Shown here one piece after another: positions 54,807 through 64,000 of a DNA stretch of 64,000 bases. The DNA lies in NCBI RefSeq assembly GCF_006345805.1, contig NC_043019.1:23745360-23809359 (forward strand), given 5' to 3'. Source of the DNA: Octopus sinensis (lineage: Eukaryota). The notes under the pieces were generated by a model. That model searched no databases. It saw only the letters and a list, made by a program, of their open reading frames with translations, and had not been told where the DNA came from. Position 1 is the stretch's first letter. Every line of letters starts with the position of its first letter. The position numbers and the translations under genes were made by a program.

Positions 54807-55238
54807 GGATCTTTTCGGTTTGAAATGGCAGTTTTTTAAAAATAATTTCCACGTAACTAAACACTTTTAAACTTCGTATACTGGTAGAATGTGTTTATAA
54901 AACATCTTTTTCTCTTGGCTTTATTGAGAAAATTCTATAGTTTGTAAGATATTTGTTGTTGTTTTTTTCTTCAATTTCTGCAATTTCAACCAATCAATGA
55001 CCGTCTATTGAGGTGAAAACATTCTGTGCCGTATGAATATGTCTCTCGTTTAAGAAACAGAATGGGTTTATTTACATTTCTGAAGAAAAAAGAAATACCC
55101 TTCCCCCCACCCCTAACCCTAACTAACCCTAGCCCTAAAACAGATTGAAATGCAATAGATCGATACTAGGGTCATACTTATGGGTGACAATTTCATATGA
55201 CACCGCTAGAAAAACTGCCGTTCAAACCGAAAAGATCC
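54807..55238 (-). mobile_element. MITE of the same family, opposite orientation (copy 2)
   Basis: Reverse complement of 25618-26029 along its full length. TSD AGGATACC / AGAATACC (one mismatch). CCCTAA units at 55111-55138. Confidence 0.9.
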
Positions 55239-55315
55239 AGAATACCTTATATATTTCAACCCCCACCTGTATTGAAGTTGTTCATTATGACAACTGTATT
55301 AATCTTTTAATCTTT

Positions 55316-55752
55316 TATCTTTTACTTGTTTCACTTATTTGACTGCGGCCATGCTGGGGCAGCGCCTTGAGGGGTTTTAGGTCGAGCGAATCGATCCCGG
55401 GACTTATCAGTTTTTTAAATCTGGGACTTATTCTTTCAGTCTTTTTGCCAAACAGCTAAGCTACAAACTAGTACTGGTTGTCAAGCGGGGGAGGGGACAC
55501 AAAGACATACATACATACATTCATACATACATACATATATATATATGCATATATATATATGCATATATATATATATATATATATGCATATATATATGCAT
55601 ATATATATACATATGCATATATATATATATGCATATATATATATAATATACATATATATATACATATGCATATATATATATATGCATATATATATACATA
55701 TATATATATACATATATATATATATTTATACCTATATATATATATATATATA

Positions 55753-55785
<33 letters not shown>

Positions 55786-56078
55786 CATATATATACATAT
55801 ATATATACATATATATACATATATATATATACATATATATTACATATATATATATATACATATATATATTACATATATATATATATACATATATATACAT
55901 ATATATATTACATATATATACATTATATATATATACATATATATATAATATATATATACATATATATAACATATATATATATACATATAATATATATATA
56001 TATACATATATTACATATATATTACATATATATACATATATATACATATATATATAACATATATATATATATATATAA

Positions 56079-56114
<36 letters not shown>

Positions 56115-56126
56115 CATATATAATAC

Positions 56127-56157
<31 letters not shown>

Positions 56158-56429
56158 CATATATATACATATATATATATATAATACATATATATACATA
56201 TATATAATATATATATATATATACATTATATATATATACATATATATATACATATATATATATATACATATATACATATATATATACATATATTACATAT
56301 ATATATATAACATATATATACATATATATATACATATATATACATATATATATAACATATATATACAATATATATATACATATATAACATATATATATAC
56401 ATATTATACATATATATACTATATATACA

Positions 56430-56467
<38 letters not shown>

Positions 56468-56473
56468 CATATA

Positions 56474-56528
<55 letters not shown>

Positions 56529-56887
56529 CATATATATATACATATATATATATATATACATATATATATACATCTATATACATATATATATATATATATA
56601 TGCACACACACACATATATATATATATATACACACACATATATATAGTTGGAATTTACAAAAAAAAAACGAAGACAGGTGTGTAAATATCAAACAGGCGT
56701 ATTAGTTCAACGCTCGGGAAGGTGATATGTATATATATATTATTACGACGGGTTTCTTTCAGTTTCCGTCTACCAAATCCACTCACAAGGCTTTGGTCGG
56801 CTAGAGGTTACAGTAGAAGATATTTACCACGGGGTGGGACTGAACCATGAACCATGTGATTGGAAAGCGAGCTTCTTTTAACACACA
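55316..56887 (-). mobile_element. Family-B SINE split by a 1.1-kb internal microsatellite expansion
   Basis: The 3' half lies at 55316-55500 and the 5' half at 56744-56887. They are separated at the position of the family's internal (TA)n. Confidence 0.75.
55505..56645. repeat. (TA)/(CATA) array inside a SINE
   Basis: Seen directly. Confidence 0.97.
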
Positions 56888-57413
56888 ATGATAGCAATAT
56901 GTGGGAATTATTTAACTTGACATTATAACCTCGTCTGCAAAACTCGTATTACAGGGTGGGTGTAGAAACGGAGAAATTGCTATATTTATTTCATATTCTC
57001 ATCAGTTTTGGAACGAGAACAGATTTCTGTCAGATTCATCTATAAGGTTACCAAATGTTATATTCAATTGATAAAATAATGCGCCAAAAAGAACCATTTA
57101 CTCTTTTACATGTTTCAACTGAAACTTCTTTGTTAAATATTGTGTGAGTCAGTCTTAAGTTTCCAGTTTATTAGAAACGATGTTAACTAAGTCTGTGTGG
57201 TTCAATGTATAACTTAAAGAAATGACCAGCATTTTGCTGTTAGATAGGCACACTGTCATTGTACCTGTCTGCCTGCCTGTCTCTTTCTTGCCGATAATGG
57301 CGCGAAATTATGATGATTTCTGGCCGATAAGCGATGAGGGATGAGCATGTTCACGTCTCGCGTGTGATTTTCTGTGTGTTCCTGTGTCATCCTTCTGTGC
57401 AATGTCTTTTTAC

Positions 57414-57500
<87 letters not shown>

Positions 57501-57528
57501 CACACACAACACACACACACACACACAA

Positions 57529-57588
<60 letters not shown>

Positions 57589-57590
57589 CA
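57414..57590. repeat. (CA)n array
   Basis: Seen directly. Confidence 0.95.
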
Positions 57591-57923
57591 TAATTGTCAA
57601 TATTAAATTGCGTGACATCAGTTCAGCTCCGAAGTGCATCAAACATTGTCATGCAGACAGAATTATCACTGCATGTTATTCTGCGTCATTTCATAGTGGA
57701 AAGTGTGGTGGGTGCGCTGCATATAACAATGTTTAATGTGGCGACTGCGCTTATTTTAGAGACATTTTATTTTACACGAGTGTATAAAAAAAAAAGAGTG
57801 GCAACGAATACTTTTAATCTTTCATTCGTTTCAGCCCTACGGCTGCAATCATACTGGTGCACCACCATATTTGTGTGTACGTATGCATGTATGCATGTGT
57901 ATATCTATATGGATGTATCTATG

Positions 57924-58140
57924 TTTCTTTATTACCCACAAGGGGCTAAACATAAAGGGGACAAACAAGGACAGGCAAACGAACTAAGTCGATTACATCG
58001 ACCCCAGTGCGTAACTGGCACTTAATTTATCGACCCCGAAAGGATGAAAGGCAAAGTCGACTTCGGCGGAATTTGAACTCAGAACGTAACGGCTACGCAT
58101 TTCGCCCAGCGTGCTAACGGTTCTGCCAGCTCGCCGCCTT
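57924..58140 (-). mobile_element. Family-A SINE (small internal deletion)
   Basis: Matches the 63328 copy except for a deletion of about 14 bp in the head. Confidence 0.9.
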
Positions 58141-58459
58141 AATAATAATAATGGTTTCAAATTTTGTCACAAGGGCAGCAATGGATGTATATAAATGTAC
58201 GTGTGTGTGTGTTTTTGTACGTATATTATGTACGCAAATATTTTCTTTTTTGCGTACACAACATACGTACACAGTTTTTTTTTACATATCGTCTCATATT
58301 GATAAATCCTTGTTTATAATTTACTTTATTAATGTCTAGCTCCTTCCCTGGGGTTTTTATTATGCCACAAGTTCGGTCCTGCCAGACATATAGCAGACTC
58401 TATTCACTCGCTTGTATCACTCAAGTATAGACTTGTGGTCTTCTGAGAAATAAGTCGTA

Positions 58460-59335
58460 TTGTGTCTGTGTATGTGTGTGAGAGAGAGAGAGAGACTGAA
58501 TTTATGCGTTTTTAATATGTATGTAGTATGTATGTATGTATGTATGTATGTATGTATGTATGTATGTATGTATGTATGTATGTGTGTGTGTATGTATGTA
58601 TGTATGTATGTATGTACGTATGTGTGTGTGTATGTATGTATATGCGTGTATGTACGTATGTATGTGTGTATATATGTATGTGTATGCGTGTATGTATGTA
58701 TGTGTTTATGTATGTATGTATGCATGTATATATGTATGTGTGTGTGTGTGTATGTATGTGTGTATGTATGTGTGTATGTATGTATGTGTGTATATATGTG
58801 TGTATGTATGTACGTATGTATGTGTTTATGTATGTATGTATGTATGTATGTATGTATGTATGTATGTATGTATATGTATGTATGTGTGTATGTATGTACA
58901 TACGTACGTACTCACATGCGAAAGAGTTGTAGGGTGGTCTCAACTGAAGAATTAATGTCACATAACTCGATTTCACTTTCCTGCAGAGATTCTTGGGGAA
59001 TGTATATATATATATATATAATATATATATATATATATAAGAGGGACTGATTGTCCCTCTTAGCGTTTGGCATGTATGTAGAATGCCTCCTGGCATGTAT
59101 GTATAATGCCCTCTATATATAATTTATATATATATATGTATATATATATATGTATATATGTATATGTATATATGTATATGTATATATGTATATATATGTA
59201 TATATATGTGTATATATGTATATATGTATATGTATATATATGTGTATATGTATATATTATATGTATATATGTATATGTATATATATGTATATGTATATAT
59301 ATGTATATATGTATATGTATATATATGCATATATG

Positions 59336-59366
<31 letters not shown>

Positions 59367-59369
59367 GTA

Positions 59370-59413
<44 letters not shown>

Positions 59414-59442
59414 ATATATATATTATATATATATATTATATA
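58460..59442. repeat. (TATG)n array (58517-58910) and (TA/TATATG)n array (59005-59442)
   Basis: Seen directly. Confidence 0.93.
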
Positions 59443-59997
59443 AGAATGTTTCTTTCAGCTATAGATCGTGCAAAGCAAATAATAATGGAATACCGATGTA
59501 GAGATAAATTCTCGGTGAAGCATTTTCACACCCAGTTTTAATAATCGCGGAGTAATCTCACTTTACTTGTGTCACTTGTCATCGGGTTAGCCATGAACAT
59601 TACTTCATCCATTCCCTCTTACCGCCACTACACTACGATGAGGCTTTTAGACTTTGTAAAAAATTACACACTAATTATAGTAATTATAGTTGTGTGACTG
59701 TACAGAATAAGCTTACAATATCTGAGTAAATTGAGCAGCAAAGTTAAATATGTTTTTCATGGGGATTGAATAGTACAGTTTGGTGCACTGGAATCTTGTT
59801 GAATTGAATCGACCAGAGAAAACTTTCGCTTTAAATGAAATTTGCATCCAGCTTTTACTATGTTAAGACTCTATGGAAAATGACGCTGTATTCATGTCTC
59901 TCGTGTTTCATTGAGAGTCGAATTTAATGATATCTCTAAAAGGAGATTTTAATATATCAGTAGCAGCAGCAGCAGCAACAACAATAATAATGATATT

Positions 59998-60208
59998 AGT
60001 TTCAAATTTTGCCACAAGGGCAGCCATTTTGAGGAGGAGTTAAGTCGATTACATCGACACCAGTACGCAACTGGTAGTTAATTTATCGACCCCAAAAGTA
60101 TGAAAGGCAAAGTCGACCTCGGCAGAATTTGAACTCAGAACGTAGCGGCAGACGAAATACCGTTAAGCATTTCGCCCGGCACGCTAACGTTTCTGCCAGC
60201 TCGCCGCC

Positions 60209-60210
<2 letters not shown>
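59998..60210 (-). mobile_element. Family-A SINE
   Basis: Complete head and core, followed by (AAT)n. Confidence 0.9.
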
Positions 60211-60251
<41 letters not shown>

Positions 60252-60272
60252 CGATAATAATAATGATGACGA

Positions 60273-60318
<46 letters not shown>

Positions 60319-61156
60319 CCCTTATTTTATCACCACTTGTTTTCTTCTTTGGTAAGGAATTTTTCTATGCTAATCAGATGAATTGTCGACAGTAGCTTAT
60401 TTCAACCTAATTCACACGATGTGTTCCTTTACATCAACACAAACCACTTGTTAAGCGCAATCCTAGATGTTATTGGTCCTCAGATAAACGACAGAGAAAA
60501 GAAGAAAAAAAATGTTTTTCAGCATTTTTAGCAATCGTCGTTTCCTCTCGCTTCCCCATATCCTCTCCATCTCCATCTCTCTCTCTCTCTCCATCTCCAT
60601 CTCCATCTCTCTCTCTCTGTCTCTCCTACACACTCTGTCACACATGCCGACACAGAAGCACGTTCTCACACTGACATAACTCTCACGTGTGTGCTTGTGT
60701 GCGAGCTCTGTACTAAACGAGGTACACACTCAGTGAAGCGAGACTAAGATCCACTTTCAAATCCTAATTGTAGCTTTTGCAAATTAGTTACCGACTTGGG
60801 TTTATAGCTTTGGGAAACAACCAGGAAACACATGAACAGCATGTCGCCTATTTGCTTCTAAATACAGTAAACAGGGGGGTGGTTGCTAATTCTGAATGAT
60901 ATCTACTCATGATATGTCAAAGAAATTCAGTTTTGGCATTTTGTCCAATGTGCCTTTGACATACACACATACATGCATCCATAGTGGTGGCGGGAGTTCA
61001 CTTTGGTGAACGAGGACACACACACACACACACACACGCACACACACACACACCTATGTGTGTATAATATGTAAATACATATAAATTATATATATGTAAA
61101 TACATAAATACATACATGTGTATATATATAAGTACACTTTATTCTCTTATATATAT

Positions 61157-61381
61157 ATTTCTTTATTACCCACAAGGGGCTAAACACAGAGAGAACAAAC
61201 AGGACAGACAAAGGGATTAAGTCAATTACATCGACCCCAGTGCGAAACTGGTACTTTATTTATCGACCCCGAAAGGATGAAAGGCAACGTCAACCTCGGC
61301 GGAATTTGAACTCAGAACGTATCGACAGACGAAATACGGCTACGCATTTCGCCCGGCGTGCTAACCATTCTGCCAGCTCGC
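61157..61381 (-). mobile_element. Family-A SINE
   Basis: Near full length. Confidence 0.9.
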
Positions 61382-61416
61382 AAACACACACACATATATA
61401 TGCACATATATAAAAT

Positions 61417-61547
61417 AGGCGTAGCCATGGCTGTGTGCTAAGAAGCTGGCTTCCCAATCACATGGCTTCGGGTTCTGCCCTACTGCGTAGTATCAGAGCA
61501 AGAGTCATCTAATATAGCCCCAATCCGGCCAAAGCCTTGTGAGTGAA

Positions 61548-61548
<1 letters not shown>
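61417..61548 (+). mobile_element. Family-B SINE 5' fragment
   Basis: Degenerate head through CCAAAGCCTTGTGAGTG, then (TG)n. Confidence 0.65.
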
Positions 61549-61581
<33 letters not shown>

Positions 61582-61916
61582 TGCTGATTGCTGATTGCTG
61601 AAATTTAGAACAAAATGTGGTGAACCGATGGGGAAAAGACGTAAAATACGGTTTAGCCGGGAGGAAACCGAGATGAAATTGAATATGAAAAGAGTTGTCA
61701 GGGTATATGCAATACTTTACAGAAGTCAGTAAGATATTGCGCACCGATTTCCAACATAATATGCGCATTAAGAATGTCAACTAAACTCTGCCATATCTTA
61801 ATATCTTATTCATCTAAATCTATGCTCCAATTACCGATTCTAATGGTAAAATGTTGAGTAATTATACTACTACTACTACTACTAATAATAATAATAATGA
61901 TAATAATAATAATAAT

Positions 61917-62150
61917 GGAGCTGAGAAGTATATTAAGCCACTCCTTGGTAACTCCAATCTCTGTGAGTTACAAACGATAACCTTGATGGGTGCAGTCCAT
62001 GTACTACGGAAAGCTCTCTCCATCTAAGATGGAATAAATGTGGTGGTAATTTTAGCATGCATAGCAAAAGAAAAGTGTTCTTGCTACTCTTGGCCTCTGC
62101 AGGATGCCTGGTACTAAGGCATCTGAAATAAAGTTATAATAAAAAGAAAC
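61917..62150 (+). mobile_element. 3' end of an RLE-clade (Dong/R4-like) non-LTR retrotransposon
   Basis: GAEKYIKPLLGNSNLCELQTITLMGAVHVLRKALSI* (61917-62027) resembles the RLE C-terminus ..ELQK..L.GTA.ILRK.L. It is followed by a short UTR and flanked on both sides by (TAA)n. Confidence 0.7.
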
Positions 62151-62187
62151 CATTAATAATAATAATAATAATAATGATAATAATGAT

Positions 62188-62290
62188 GTACCCTTATCAG
62201 ACGGGTAGTCATGATGGGTATACTGGGCTTCGTATATTTTACCCCAGTGTCACTTTGATGGCATGCTCTGCTCGCTCACTCAATAATAAT
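62188..62290 (+). mobile_element. Second short retroelement-like 3' tail ending in (AAT)n
   Basis: A unique 90-bp segment between TAA arrays ending GCTCACTC(AAT)n. No coding motif is present. Confidence 0.35.
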
Positions 62291-62344
62291 AATAATAAGA
62301 AGAAGAAGAAGAAGAAGAAACCATTAATAATAATAATAATAATA

Positions 62345-62505
62345 ATTTCAAATTTTTCCCACAAGGATGAGCCGATTACGTCGACCCCAGTGTTCAACAG
62401 GTACATATTTTATCGACTCTGAAATTTGTACTCAGAACGTAAGGACGGGCGAAATACCGCTAAGTATTTCGTCCAGCGTGCTAACGATTCTGCCAACTCA
62501 CCGTC
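62345..62505 (-). mobile_element. Family-A SINE, internally deleted
   Basis: Head and tail are present and part of the core is missing. It lies within the TAA/AAC arrays. Confidence 0.7.
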
Positions 62506-63059
62506 TCAACAACAACAACAACAACAACGACGACGACGACGACGACGACGACAACAACAACAATAATAACAATAATAACAATAATAATAATAATATAATA
62601 ATAATAATAATAATAATGATGATGATGATGACATAATTCAAGGTGTCATAGAGGCCTGAATTACTAAAATGTATGATGGCCTTGATACATGGAAAGAAAT
62701 TGTTGACAACCATGGTTTGGAAAACAAACAACAGGGGAATAAAATTATTGGAATTGATAAAACAGAAAGAAACTAATAGCAAACACTTTGCTTTATTAAC
62801 TTACCCCCCCCCCAAAAAAAAACCCCGACAGTTTTTAACTTTGCGCAGTATGGAGCGAAAGATATGAGAAAATATAACATCAATCTTCAATTTAGTAAAT
62901 GCTAAAAGATTCTTGGTTAGACATGCAAAACATCGGTTTAAAACAACAGTTGGGCGTTAGATAATGATGTATTGTTTCGTCTACCAATTTCAATAAATTG
63001 TAGAAAGAAATATAGAATCAGTCGCTCCGCTCTGACAATGATAATGATTTAACAGAATA

Positions 63060-63290
63060 AAATGCAGAAAAAACTATCAATGAATTCAGTAAACACCCGC
63101 AAGAAGACAGAGAATTGAGGTCTTTGAATCATTCTTCATACAAACCATTTTATGAACCTCGCAGAAAACTAAATTATATCAATAAGCACCCCTTCCATCA
63201 TTGATAGTCTTTTAAAATCATAATTACTAATATAATTAAAGCAGATTCACTTGGTCTTCCTATAAAGAGATCTGGGCTTGTTATAACTAT
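63060..63290 (+). pseudogene. Penelope-like RT thumb remnant
   Basis: SLNHSSYKPFYEPRRKLNYINKH / HPPSIIDSL / PIKRSG resembles the PLE motif series L.L....YKP..KP...L.YINK.SNHPPSI.K ... ALK.SGY. Heavily decayed. Confidence 0.5.
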
Positions 63291-63327
63291 CTCAGTTAAG
63301 GACAGCATCAAGGAAAACGTTCATATA

Positions 63328-63560
63328 TATTTCTTTACTACCCACAAGGGGCTAAACACAGAGGGGACAAACAAGGACAGACAAAGGGATTAAGTCGATT
63401 ACATCGACCCCAGTGCGTAACTGGTACTTAATTTATCGACCCCGAAAGGATGAAAGGCAAAGTCGACCTCGGCGTAATTTGAACTCAGACTGTAACGACA
63501 GACGAAATACGGTTACGCATTTCGCCCGGCGTGCTAACCACTCTGCCAGCTCGCCGCCTT
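63328..63560 (-). mobile_element. Family-A SINE, full length and young
   Basis: Consensus-like. The flanking GTTCATATA is duplicated (63319-63327, 63562-63570). Confidence 0.92.
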
Positions 63561-64000
63561 TGTTCATATAGCCTTGGAAAACGTTCATATAGCCTTGACC
63601 CAGTTTTCACGGTCCAGGAATACATCTCAAAAAAATCAATTGGTTTGCGCTCCATTTCCTTTCTTTTTTTTCTTTAATTTTATCGATTACTTCTAGCCAA
63701 AGGTTTTGTTACTATTTTTCCATATGCAAAAACCCTTTGATGACTGATCAAGCGGGTTCACGTTCAACTGTTTCACCAACGAAGTGCAATAAAGTCGAAA
63801 CATGTCCATAGTTGTCTCATCCCCCACCTCGAGATTTAGATGGATGTTGTTTCGTGGTTTTTAATGAAAAAAAAAAAAAAAAACAATTACGTTTCTCTAT
63901 ACCTGTGTTTGCTGGTTATATATTCTGAGTTAGGACTGTTAAATGCGTTACAAACAGGAAATATGATTATAAGGGAGATAGTAAGTAACCTCACTTAAAT

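Noticed and set aside
55481-56692. 403-aa ORF and the many other I/Y-, H/T-, C/V- and R/E-rich ORFs
   Set aside because: They are translations of dinucleotide and tetranucleotide microsatellites, with no protein-like composition.

Overview
Eukaryotic, very AT-rich, microsatellite-saturated non-coding DNA. The SINE sequences resemble octopod (Octopus-like) families, a taxonomic call made from recall and not from a search. I cannot confidently identify any protein-coding gene, and almost every ORF in the supplied track is a (TA)n/(CA)n/(TATG)n artefact. The window holds about 30 copies of tRNA-derived SINEs in two main families, two decayed mariner transposases, and a mariner-derived MITE. It also holds two oppositely oriented copies of a GGATC-ended MITE with 8-bp target-site duplications (TSDs) and internal TTAGGG units, plus Helitron-like 5' ends. 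Retroelement remnants are a CR1/L2-like LINE 3' fragment whose tail matches the SINE tail, a Dong/R4-like 3' end nested in (TAA)n, and Penelope-like GIY-YIG and RT remnants. A CpG-rich promoter-like island lies near 39.1-39.6 kb. The most unusual signals are hammerhead-ribozyme-like RNAs on the minus strand. One has an intact CUGAUGA/GAAA core (16.04-16.12 kb). Another is a minimal type-I-like fold with a swapped G3-C8 core pair inside a long foldback (27.56-27.74 kb).
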